Both the position numbers and the translations under genes were made by a program. A stretch of DNA of 58,310 nt from Candidatus Saccharimonadota bacterium (GTDB taxonomy: Bacteria > Patescibacteriota > Saccharimonadia > Saccharimonadales > UBA4665), in contig DAHWQR010000003.1 in assembly GCA_027340655.1 (NCBI GenBank), positions 1 to 58,310 of the forward strand, in the 5' to 3' direction. Numbering within the stretch: position 1 is the first letter of the stretch; each line of letters begins with the position of its first letter. Of the stretch, positions 9,714 through 18,641 are shown in pieces. Below the pieces are notes generated by a model that worked only from the letters and a program-made list of their open reading frames with translations, was not told the DNA's origin and did not search any database.

Positions 9714-11020
9714 TTTACTTCTTTGCTTCAATTCACGGCTTCGTCGTTCCAATACTCGCTAGCCTAAGCGGACTAGCCACGCTTTTATGTACTTTTTTTC
9801 TGGTTTGGGGCGGACTGGCGTACATCACAAGTTCCGGCGATCCCGGTAAACTAGCCCATGCCAAACACATGCTCTCAAGGGCTATGCTTGGGCTGGTCAT
9901 TGTTTTGGCGGCCTCGGCGATCAGCCTAATCCTGACCCATACATTTGTTAGCTCGTCGGTCTCCACATCGCAAAAACTACCAACCCTAGCAGCGATCAAG
10001 CCGGTATCTGCAAGTGGCGGACTGGTGGAGGTGTTAATTAAAGCAATTGCCGGTATGATGGCGGTAATTGTCGAGACCGTTGGCAAACCATTCATTTTAG
10101 CCCTGTCGTACTTTACTAAGTCCACACCTTTGCTAACTCATAGTGCTAGCGTTATGCACCTTTGGCTCATCTGCACCGGTCTAGCCGACGGATTGCTAGT
10201 ATTAGTAATTGCGCTGCTTGGATTCCATGTAATGAGTGGCGAATACATCGGGCTCAAAGATATCAGCCTCTCCTCCCTAGTGCCTCAACTACTGCTGGTA
10301 TTTGTGCTAATTAACACTTCGATTTATCTACTGGACGGGGCAATTGAGCTTTCTAATACCATGATTTTGGCGATACGCGCCGGAGCAGGAAACATCACTC
10401 CCTGGCAATCTCTGCTAAAGGTTGTTTCCGGAGCCTCCGGATATAGTCTAGCCGCATTAATAGTATTTGTTATTTTTCTAGTCTTCAGCGTAATTTTAAT
10501 CATCTACTATATCGGACGCATTGTGGCCCTTTATTTAGGCGCCGTGTTGTCTCCCTTGCTTATTTTGCTCTGGCTACTGCCTAGTTTTAGGGATTTCGTG
10601 GAAAACGCCCTAAAGGCCTATCTCTCCACAATTTTTGTTTTGTTTATACATGTCATAATTCTGACCCTGGCCGGATCATTGTTCTTAGGCGTAGTTAGCA
10701 GCGGCAACAGCTCGCCTGACCCAATAATGTCGCTACTGCTTGGTCTGGCTACCCTGATTGCACTGATTAAAACCCAGGGAGTGCTAATGCAGCTTAACTA
10801 CGCCAGCCTGGGGGCGCGTTCGGCTCGCCGCCTGGGGAGTAATTTTATTAACGGCGTTAGTTACCTGGCTTTAACGGCTAGTTATGCTTACAGCAGTAGC
10901 GTCGCCCCGGCCTTAAGTGCCGCCGGAGGGGGCGTACGCAAAGTTTTACCAGAAGCAAAGTCCAAAATTAATCGTTCCAGTAACAGCACCCCCAAGAATA
11001 ACAAGGGGCCAAAAGCATGA
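9710..11020 (+). CDS. VirB6/TrbL-like polytopic T4SS protein with an N-terminal pilin-like domain
   Basis: N-terminal GGLAYITSSGDP..LAHAK resembles the upstream pilin; many TM helices with R...LY...VLSPL..L.WLLP; ATGA overlaps with both neighbours. Confidence 0.72.
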   Translation: MIYFFASIHGFVVPILASLSGLATLLCTFFLVWGGLAYITSSGDPGKLAHAKHMLSRAMLGLVIVLAASAISLILTHTFVSSSVSTSQKLPTLAAIKPVSASGGLVEVLIKAIAGMMAVIVETVGKPFILALSYFTKSTPLLTHSASVMHLWLICTGLADGLLVLVIALLGFHVMSGEYIGLKDISLSSLVPQLLLVFVLINTSIYLLDGAIELSNTMILAIRAGAGNITPWQSLLKVVSGASGYSLAALIVFVIFLVFSVILIIYYIGRIVALYLGAVLSPLLILLWLLPSFRDFVENALKAYLSTIFVLFIHVIILTLAGSLFLGVVSSGNSSPDPIMSLLLGLATLIALIKTQGVLMQLNYASLGARSARRLGSNFINGVSYLALTASYAYSSSVAPALSAAGGGVRKVLPEAKSKINRSSNSTPKNNKGPKA

Positions 11021-11514
11021 AAACTTCAATCGTACCTGCCCAAATCACTTCAATCGAGGATACCATTACCGCTAAATTATCCCTGACCCAGATTGTCCTT
11101 TTAGTGCTGCCGGTCTTTTTTGCGAGCATTGTTTTTGCCGGTTTACCGCCCTTGATGCACGTTAAGGTATACAAGCTGGTTATTACGTTTTTGGTTTCGG
11201 CACCAATCGCCGTGCTTGCTGTTCGATTCCGAGGCCAACTTTTATTGCATTGGCTAGGGGTGTTAGTGAGTTATCATATCCGCCCCCGTCGCTACGTAGC
11301 AACACTTGATCCGCCCTGCGAAAATGATCATAACGATTCCGGCTTAATAAGCATTGAAACCAAGGTTGCTCCAACTCTAATCACATCTGAATCGCTAGCC
11401 GATTTAACCCCTTCCGACTACCTGATGCTAGAGAATTTTCTGAGCAATAAAAAAATTACTTACTTTACGAATAATAAGGGGCAACTCAATGCACGTATTA
11501 AAGCGCAGCAATAG
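11017..11514 (+). CDS. PrgI/VirB3-like protein
   Basis: VPAQITSIEDTITAKLSLTQ, two TM helices and the PRRY motif; sits upstream of VirB4. Confidence 0.78.
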   Translation: MKTSIVPAQITSIEDTITAKLSLTQIVLLVLPVFFASIVFAGLPPLMHVKVYKLVITFLVSAPIAVLAVRFRGQLLLHWLGVLVSYHIRPRRYVATLDPPCENDHNDSGLISIETKVAPTLITSESLADLTPSDYLMLENFLSNKKITYFTNNKGQLNARIKAQQ

Positions 11515-12136
11515 AATAGAACCGTCCCGACAAAACAATGGTTCGGCTAAGATCCAGATTAGTATAAAGGGGGTTCAAGAGGAGATCTTAGCGCTTTCGG
11601 ATAGGCGCTACTGCAGCATCATTGAAACCTCGTCGGTTAACTTCGAGCTTAAAAGCGAGGATGAGCAGGATGCATTAATCGAAACCTACCAAAGCTTTTT
11701 AAATGGGCTGGGCTTCCAGATCCAAATTATCATTCGGGTACGCGAAATAGACCTCGACCATTACTTAGACGATCTTGATGAGCGCTCGAAGAAAGAAGAG
11801 CATGCCGTTTACCGCAGTCAAATCGAGAGCTATGCCTCGTTTGTGCGCAGCCTAGTCAGTGTAAACCGGATACTGAGCCGAAACTTTTATGTCGTTGTAC
11901 CGCTGGAGTTGGATTCTCGGCATGACTTTGAATTTGCCCGTGAGCAGCTGTCTTTGAAAACCGAAATTGTCGAAAAGGGCTTAATGCGCTTAGGCATGAA
12001 TACCCGCGAGCTTAGAGGCATCGAAATACTTAATCTGTTTTATGCTTTTTATAATCCGAAACAGGCTAAGAATCAGCCTTTAACGGATAGCGTAATGCGA
12101 TTGATGCATACGGTACTGGTAGGAGATGGAGCATGA
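11489..12136 (+). CDS. TraC/VirB4 N-terminal-like accessory T4SS protein
   Basis: SSVNFELKSEDEQDAL...FLNGL.F.IQI, FYVVVP and LFYAFYNP motifs, typical of the gene preceding virB4 in monoderm-type T4SS. Confidence 0.7.
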   Translation: MHVLKRSNRIEPSRQNNGSAKIQISIKGVQEEILALSDRRYCSIIETSSVNFELKSEDEQDALIETYQSFLNGLGFQIQIIIRVREIDLDHYLDDLDERSKKEEHAVYRSQIESYASFVRSLVSVNRILSRNFYVVVPLELDSRHDFEFAREQLSLKTEIVEKGLMRLGMNTRELRGIEILNLFYAFYNPKQAKNQPLTDSVMRLMHTVLVGDGA

Positions 12137-13854
12137 AGCTAAAACAGCTACTCAATAGCAAGCAGTCGGATCATGTAGTCTGTTTTGGCGAGCAGGACCA
12201 GCTGAGTTTAATTAGCTACTCCGGCTTAGAAGAGTTTCCGGACTATCTCGAATTGGACGGACAATTCTTGCGCGTACTTTATATCTCCGGATATCCCTAC
12301 GTAGCTCATTCCGGCTGGTTGGATAGCTTAATTAACTTTAACCACGACGTAGATATCTCATTCCAAATTGAGGATATTGACGCTACCAGCGCTTTACCCA
12401 GACTGCAGCGCAAAATTACCGAACTTGAATCAACTAAGCGCACGATGATTAAAGCCGGCCGGATTGTCGGACCGGACATTACCGATCCGTTAGAGTCGGC
12501 CACCCAATTGCGTGACAAAATTCAGCGCGGTCAGGAAAAGTTATTTCAACTGGCGATCTATATTTGCTTAATAGCAGAATCGGAAAACGATCTCAACAAG
12601 TTAACCAAACTTCTAGAAACTGCCCTCGCAGCCAGAATGTTTTTTGTTAAAACGGCCCGGTACCAGCAACTTGACGGACTGCAGTCAGTATTGCCCAGAG
12701 CCGAAGACAGGCTTAAACAGAAACGTAACCTGGATAGTTCGTCGGCAGCCTTAAGCTTTCCTTTTATGTCTTCTGAGCTGGTACAGGAAAACGGCATTCT
12801 CTACGGAGTTAATAAATCTAACAGCTCGCTCGTGATGCTCGACCGCTTTGGTTTAAATAATGCCAATAGTATTACCTTTGCTCAGTCCGGAAGTGGCAAA
12901 AGTTATGCCAGCAAAGTTGAAATACTAAGACAATTAATGCTTGGAACGGACGTTATCGTAATTGATCCGGAACGCGAATATGCCAATCTGGCAAGTTCAG
13001 TTGGAGGCACCCATATTGAACTTTCTATCGGCTCGAGCCAGAAGATAAACCCTTTTGGATTGAATAGCAAAGATAAGACAACTACCTCTGCCTCATTAGC
13101 TGAACAGGTGCAAGGACTAACGGAGATTATTTCGCTGATGGTCGACGGCTTAAATGCCAGGGAAATGGCAGTCGTAGATAAAGCCATCCTAGCAGCTTAT
13201 AAGAAAGTATCATTAAAGCGCGAGGTGACGCTGGAGGACTTCTACGAGCAACTTATTAAGGCTCAGGAGCATAGATTGGCGGAACGATTGGAAAAGTTTG
13301 TTAACGGCTCCCTAGCCTCGGTTTTTAACCACCCGACAAACATTGATTTAGACAACCGCCTAGTGGTATTTGACATTAAAGATTTGCCGGACAATCTGCG
13401 CCAGATGATGATGCTAATAATTTCCAATTTTGTCTGGGGGAAAGTAAAGCATCAACCTAAAAAACGGCTACTGGTAATTGATGAGGGCTGGTTGCTGCTG
13501 GAGCATGAGCAAAGCGCCCGCTTTATAGCTGGACTTTTTAGGAGAGCCCGGAAGTACTGGCTGGGAGTGGCGGTCATTTCTCAGCAGGCATCGGACTTTT
13601 TAGCCAACGAATATGGACGAGCCATTGCCAGCCAAAGTTCACTAAGAATTTTAATGCGCCAAGACAGCACCACAATCAACAATGTCTCTCAGGAGTTTAA
13701 GCTAAGCGAGTTTGAACAGAGCTTTTTGCTGACTTGTGACCGCGGCGACGCATTAATTATTGCCGATTTGAATCACGTCGCATTAAGCGTTGTGGCATCT
13801 GCTAGCGAACACCCGCTAATTACTACCGATCCGAATGAGGTTTTTGCAAAATGA
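12133..13854 (+). CDS. virB4: VirB4-like T4SS ATPase
   Basis: Walker A AQSGSGKS, IDPEREY, INPF, Walker B LLVIDEGW, RRARKY and ISQ motifs. Confidence 0.9.
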   Translation: MKLKQLLNSKQSDHVVCFGEQDQLSLISYSGLEEFPDYLELDGQFLRVLYISGYPYVAHSGWLDSLINFNHDVDISFQIEDIDATSALPRLQRKITELESTKRTMIKAGRIVGPDITDPLESATQLRDKIQRGQEKLFQLAIYICLIAESENDLNKLTKLLETALAARMFFVKTARYQQLDGLQSVLPRAEDRLKQKRNLDSSSAALSFPFMSSELVQENGILYGVNKSNSSLVMLDRFGLNNANSITFAQSGSGKSYASKVEILRQLMLGTDVIVIDPEREYANLASSVGGTHIELSIGSSQKINPFGLNSKDKTTTSASLAEQVQGLTEIISLMVDGLNAREMAVVDKAILAAYKKVSLKREVTLEDFYEQLIKAQEHRLAERLEKFVNGSLASVFNHPTNIDLDNRLVVFDIKDLPDNLRQMMMLIISNFVWGKVKHQPKKRLLVIDEGWLLLEHEQSARFIAGLFRRARKYWLGVAVISQQASDFLANEYGRAIASQSSLRILMRQDSTTINNVSQEFKLSEFEQSFLLTCDRGDALIIADLNHVALSVVASASEHPLITTDPNEVFAK

Positions 13855-14327
13855 AGAAAATGGTCGCTCTGTCAGTGGCGGTAGTTATCTTTATGATGAG
13901 CATGCCAATTATTTTTCTGCTTACAGCGACGAATGTCGGCGCCTTGGCCTCCGCAGCGATTAGTTTATTCGACTCACCGGCTAACGCTTCAGACGCCTAT
14001 GAGTATGGCGAGTGCACCTACTGGGTAGCTCTGCGGCGTATCCAAATCGGTGAGCCGATACCAAACACCTGGGGCAATGCGATTACTTGGGCAACGCGCG
14101 CCGCGGCAGACGGCTATCAGGTCGACCACACACCCAGCTATGGAGCTATTATGCAGGATCCGCTGGCTCCCGGTGGACTAGGGCACGTAGCCTTTGTGGA
14201 AAGTGTTAATCTCTTAACCGGCTCCTGGACGATATCTGAAATGAACCGTGTCGGTTGGGATGAAGTTGATACGCGAACTATGCCTGCACAGGCAGCAAAC
14301 AAGTATAACTTTATCCATAACCAGTAA
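13851..14327 (+). CDS. CHAP-domain peptidoglycan hydrolase (VirB1 analogue)
   Basis: N-terminal TM; YGECTYWV, WGNA..W, GHVAFVE and ISEMN motifs. Confidence 0.88.
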   Translation: MKKMVALSVAVVIFMMSMPIIFLLTATNVGALASAAISLFDSPANASDAYEYGECTYWVALRRIQIGEPIPNTWGNAITWATRAAADGYQVDHTPSYGAIMQDPLAPGGLGHVAFVESVNLLTGSWTISEMNRVGWDEVDTRTMPAQAANKYNFIHNQ

Positions 14328-14372
14328 GAAGTCTTTAAATTTATGCCTGTCACAATATATACTTAAGAGCGA

Positions 14373-15809
14373 ATGGTGGGCAATAAAACAAGAAAACCAG
14401 AAGTTCCAAGCGAACGAACACTAACCAAAATCTTAGCTACTATCGGTCCGGCGACTAGTAGCTATGAGCTGGTTTTAGAGCTGATTAAAAGCGGCGTTAA
14501 CGGTTTCCGGCTTAATTTCTCGCACGGTACTCACAAAGAGAAGGGCGAGCAAATTAAATGGGTGCGTAAAGCCGCGAGCGAGCTGGGCGTACGCGTGTCT
14601 ATCGTTCAAGACCTTCAAGGCCCGAAGATGCGTTTAGGAGATTTCGACGGCGCGCTAGAAGTAAAGCGCGGTCAAACTCTAGTGCTTGAACACGACGCCG
14701 ACTTTAGCCAGAGCGGACATTTGCCGACTCAATATGATCTAAGCACTAAGGTAAAACGCGGCGAAAGGGTGATGCTGTTTGACGGCCGTGTTATTAGCCA
14801 GGTTAGCGCTATAAAGAACGGCGAGGTTTATGTAGAAGTCCAAAACGACGGGATACTTATTAAGCGCAAGGGCATCAATCTACCGGATACAGATTTTGCC
14901 GGTGACGTTATTACGCCAAAAGACAGGGCCGACCTTATATGGGGCGCCAGCCAAGACATTGACTATGTAGCGCTCAGTTTTGTTCAGTCGGACGAAGACA
15001 TTAAACAGCTCAGACGTATTCTCTCGACGATCAACTTCAACGCTCGGATTATTGCCAAGATCGAAACCAAAGCCGCAATCGACAATTTGGAGGACATAAT
15101 TAAGGAATCTGATCTGATCATGATTGCCCGCGGAGATTTGGCGGTGGAGACGCCAGCCGAAAGCATTCCTTTAGTGCAACGCAACATTATTGCTCTAGGG
15201 CGGCGATATGCCAAACCGACAATCGTCGCTACACAGATGTTGATTAGTATGACTCAGGAAATGGAGCCTTCCCGAGCCGAAGTGTCCGATGTGGCCACGG
15301 CCGTTCTTATCGGCGCTGACTGTCTCATGCTTAGCGAAGAAACCGCGGCCGGTCGTTACCCGGTAGAGGCGGCCAAGACGATGCAGCGAATTATTAGCTA
15401 CACCGAAAGTCACGCTCCTGCGCTAGTTAGTCTCGATGACGCTAACCTAAACCAATCAATTCAAGACGCGATTACCGAGGCAATCATTAAACTAACTCAA
15501 ATCGTGAAAGCCAAGGCGATAGTCGCAGAGACTAAAACCGGGTCTACAGCGTTAAGTATTGCCGCCAGACGTCCAAGCACGCCCTTGATTGCCGTAACTA
15601 ATTTGGAACGTACGGCTCAGCAACTAGCGATTGTCTTTGGCTTGAGTAGTTTCGTAAGACCGGCAACCACTAAAGCTGCAGTTAAACTGACGGATTATCT
15701 AAGAGATACTCACGTTTTTAGCAAAGGCGACGTAATAGTTACGGTATCCGGTCAACAGCCTGGTGTGGTCGGTACTACGGATACAATAAAAGTAAGGATG
15801 CTAGAGTAA
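14373..15809 (+). CDS. pyk: Pyruvate kinase
   Basis: TKILATIGPA, RLNFSHG, DLQGPK, IAKIET, MIARGDL, ATQML and MLSEETA motifs. Confidence 0.97.
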   Translation: MVGNKTRKPEVPSERTLTKILATIGPATSSYELVLELIKSGVNGFRLNFSHGTHKEKGEQIKWVRKAASELGVRVSIVQDLQGPKMRLGDFDGALEVKRGQTLVLEHDADFSQSGHLPTQYDLSTKVKRGERVMLFDGRVISQVSAIKNGEVYVEVQNDGILIKRKGINLPDTDFAGDVITPKDRADLIWGASQDIDYVALSFVQSDEDIKQLRRILSTINFNARIIAKIETKAAIDNLEDIIKESDLIMIARGDLAVETPAESIPLVQRNIIALGRRYAKPTIVATQMLISMTQEMEPSRAEVSDVATAVLIGADCLMLSEETAAGRYPVEAAKTMQRIISYTESHAPALVSLDDANLNQSIQDAITEAIIKLTQIVKAKAIVAETKTGSTALSIAARRPSTPLIAVTNLERTAQQLAIVFGLSSFVRPATTKAAVKLTDYLRDTHVFSKGDVIVTVSGQQPGVVGTTDTIKVRMLE

Positions 15810-17093
15810 ATGTTTGTTAAAAAAACAGTAGAAGACGTTTCGGTTGACGGCAAAACGGTACTCTTGCGGGCCGATTTCAACGTCCCGATTAAAGACGGTA
15901 AAGTCGCCGATGCCTATAGGATTAAGCAGGCTCTGCCGACGATTAAATATTTGCTAACGCACAACGCTAAACCGATTATCATCTCGCACTTAGGCCGTCC
16001 TGACGGTCACGTTAATCCCGAGTTTTCGCTGCATCCGGTAGCTCAAGTTCTGGAGCGGATGCTTAATGTTCAAGTGGAATTTGCCAAGGATTGTATCGGT
16101 AAACCAGTGGAGCGGTCTTTAGCTAAGCTAGAGCACGGTGGAGTTGTGCTTTGTGAAAACCTGCGCTTTCATGCTGAAGAGGAGGAGAACTCCGAGAGCT
16201 TTGCTAAGGCATTAGCTAAGCCGGCTGAACTTTTTGTTCAAGATGGTTTTGGCGTAGTTCACCGCAAGCACGCCTCAACTGATGCGATCACTCGCTTCCT
16301 GCCCTCAGTATCCGGATTTTTACTTAAACGTGAGGTAGATACAATTACCGAAGTGATGGCTAACCCGAAGCGCCCGTTAATGGCAATTATTGGTGGCGCG
16401 AAGATTACTGACAAACTTGACTTAATAAAAAGGTTCATTGAGATCTCAGACATTGTGGCCATTGGCGGCGCAATGGGCAACACCTTTTTAAGCGCCCAAG
16501 GCGTTTTTGTCGGCGATAGTCTAATTGACTCGAATGACCTACCTCTAGCCAGGGACATCATTCGTATGGCCGATGAAGAGGCCAAAAAGCGGCGTTTTGT
16601 GTTCGTGCTACCACGCGATGCGGTTGTCTCGGAGAAGATCGAGCCAGATGCAACAACCAGGATTGTTGACTTCAGCACGCACGTTGTCGCCGAAATTGAG
16701 AATTACCCGAGAAGGGTGCCGCATGGAGCGATTAGCGTAGCCAAACACGAGCGGATTCTCGACATCGGTCCATTCAGCGGTTCATTTATTGCCGGTGCGA
16801 TACAGCAGGTAAGTACTGTGGTTTGGAACGGTACGATGGGAGTAACAGAAGTATCTTCCCTGATCGGTGCCAGCGGGCCGTTCGCTCACGGAACCGAACT
16901 AATTGTAGACGCTTTACTGGGTCAATTTGGTTTTCGTCCCTTTAGTTTGGTTGGTGGCGGGGACACGGTCGGTTATGTTGAAAGCCGTGGTTTAATTGAG
17001 CAGTTTAATCATGTTTCTACCGGTGGCGGAGCCAGTCTTGAGCTGATGGCCGGACGTAAATTGCCAGGAGTCGAAGCTCTGGAGGATAAATAG
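15810..17093 (+). CDS. pgk: Phosphoglycerate kinase
   Basis: RADFNVP, SHLGRP, ENLRF, GGAK, DIGP and HVSTGGGASLE motifs. Confidence 0.97.
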   Translation: MFVKKTVEDVSVDGKTVLLRADFNVPIKDGKVADAYRIKQALPTIKYLLTHNAKPIIISHLGRPDGHVNPEFSLHPVAQVLERMLNVQVEFAKDCIGKPVERSLAKLEHGGVVLCENLRFHAEEEENSESFAKALAKPAELFVQDGFGVVHRKHASTDAITRFLPSVSGFLLKREVDTITEVMANPKRPLMAIIGGAKITDKLDLIKRFIEISDIVAIGGAMGNTFLSAQGVFVGDSLIDSNDLPLARDIIRMADEEAKKRRFVFVLPRDAVVSEKIEPDATTRIVDFSTHVVAEIENYPRRVPHGAISVAKHERILDIGPFSGSFIAGAIQQVSTVVWNGTMGVTEVSSLIGASGPFAHGTELIVDALLGQFGFRPFSLVGGGDTVGYVESRGLIEQFNHVSTGGGASLELMAGRKLPGVEALEDK

Positions 17094-17113
17094 GGTACAA
17101 TAAGGTAAATACT

Positions 17114-17899
17114 ATGAGCAGGGTCAAATTAGTGGTGGCTAATTGGAAAATGTACTTGAGCGTACATGAGTCAAGTCTGCTTGTAAACCGCTTGAATAAG
17201 ACCGTAAAAGTCCATCGTGGCGTTGAAGTAGTCCTATCTCCCAGCTATCTCAGTTTACAGCCCATAAGCCAGGAAATTGACCGTCGAAAGTTCCGCCTGG
17301 CGGCTCAGGACGGTTACTTTATAGACGAAGGGGCCTACACCGGAGCGGTTTCTTTAAGTCAGATGCGCGATCTCGTGCATTATGCAATTATTGGTCATTC
17401 CGAACGCCGGCGTTACTTTCATGAGAGCTTAGATGAAGTACGGGACAAGGTTGCCGCTGCGGTACGTAACGGCATCGTGCCAATCCTTTGTGTTGGCGAG
17501 ACCAAAGAAGAACGCACCCAAAGAGAGACAAAGCAAGTACTCCACGACCAAGTGGTTACAGCGCTTGCGAATCTTACCAGCCAAGATGTAGAGAATATTG
17601 TGATTGCCTACGAACCGGTCTGGGCGATCGGCGCCGACCAACCGGCACCTCCAGATGCCATCGCTGAGGCGATTAGTTGGATCCGCTTCCAGGTACGAGA
17701 ACTTTACGGACAAACTACTGAAGAGGCGGTGCGTCTTTTGTACGGCGGCAGCGATGAGCCGGAATACGTCGCGGCAATCATGGAAGTTAGCGGAGTTGAC
17801 GGCTTGCTAGTTGGCCGCGCCAGCCTAAATTATGAACGCTTCAGTGATATCGTTACAGGTGTTCATCTGGCGGCGTTAAGCGAATCTAAGGCAGAGTAA
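17114..17899 (+). CDS. tpiA: Triosephosphate isomerase
   Basis: ANWKM, GHSERR, AYEPVWAIG and YGGS motifs. Confidence 0.95.
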   Translation: MSRVKLVVANWKMYLSVHESSLLVNRLNKTVKVHRGVEVVLSPSYLSLQPISQEIDRRKFRLAAQDGYFIDEGAYTGAVSLSQMRDLVHYAIIGHSERRRYFHESLDEVRDKVAAAVRNGIVPILCVGETKEERTQRETKQVLHDQVVTALANLTSQDVENIVIAYEPVWAIGADQPAPPDAIAEAISWIRFQVRELYGQTTEEAVRLLYGGSDEPEYVAAIMEVSGVDGLLVGRASLNYERFSDIVTGVHLAALSESKAE

Positions 17900-17924
17900 G
17901 ACTAAGGTCAGAGGGAAATTTTCG

Positions 17925-18623
17925 GTGGCAGAAACTAAAAAGAGTAAAACAATCGATGTAGTCTCAGGCAGTTCCGAGCCTGAAACTAATCGCCCGATAA
18001 TTGTTAGCCGCAAGCCAATTATGTCCGATCCGGAGTTCGTTGCCCAAGCCGGCGAGGACGAGTCCATGCCCAAAGAGGAAGAAGATAATGTCAATCGAAA
18101 CAACTTTATTAAGTTTGATTCTTCTAAAGATAAAGCTGAAGCTAAACCAAAGGCCGAGCTAAAAATAGAACCATTAACTGAGAATAATTTAGACTCACCT
18201 AAAAACGAACCCCAAGCTGAGCCGGCAAGTGAGCCGGAAGCAAAGACTGAAGCCAACGAACCCCAAGCTGAGCCGGCAAGTGAGCCGGAGCCAAAGCCTG
18301 AGGTAACTGAGCCCAAGACAGATAGCGAAAGTCAGTCAGCGCCACCAGAGGCCCAATCTGAGGCTGCCAAAATGCGCCGCCAGTTACAGCAAGAAGAAGA
18401 AAGTCGCGAGCGCATCGAAAAAATTAACCAGCTGGTCGAAAGTGAACGTTACTTCCTGCCAATCAACATGAAGGAAAAGCGCTACAACCAACGAGTTATC
18501 TTAATTGGGTTGCTAATTTGCATTTTACTGGCTGTAGTTTGGCTGGATGTGGCGTTAGATGCCGGAATAATTAATAACAGTTTGCACCTGCCGCATACGC
18601 ACTTCTTTGTTCTTAAGTCCTAA
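17925..18623 (+). CDS. Glu/Pro-rich hypothetical protein with a C-terminal TM anchor
   Basis: Low-complexity acidic body and VILIGLLICILLAVVWL near the C-terminus. Confidence 0.7.
   Translation: MAETKKSKTIDVVSGSSEPETNRPIIVSRKPIMSDPEFVAQAGEDESMPKEEEDNVNRNNFIKFDSSKDKAEAKPKAELKIEPLTENNLDSPKNEPQAEPASEPEAKTEANEPQAEPASEPEPKPEVTEPKTDSESQSAPPEAQSEAAKMRRQLQQEEESRERIEKINQLVESERYFLPINMKEKRYNQRVILIGLLICILLAVVWLDVALDAGIINNSLHLPHTHFFVLKS
18204..18289 (+). repeat. In-frame direct repeat (35-nt identical core, 51-nt period)
   Basis: AACGAACCCCAAGCTGAGCCGGCAAGTGAGCCGGA at 18204-18238 and 18255-18289, encoding NEPQAEPASEPE twice. Confidence 0.9.
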
Positions 18624-18641
18624 ACACCTTACAATTAAGAT

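Noticed and set aside
18204..18289. Direct repeat as a possible CRISPR array
   Set aside because: Only two copies, in frame within a CDS, with a 16-nt gap and no cas genes. No CRISPR array was seen in the window.
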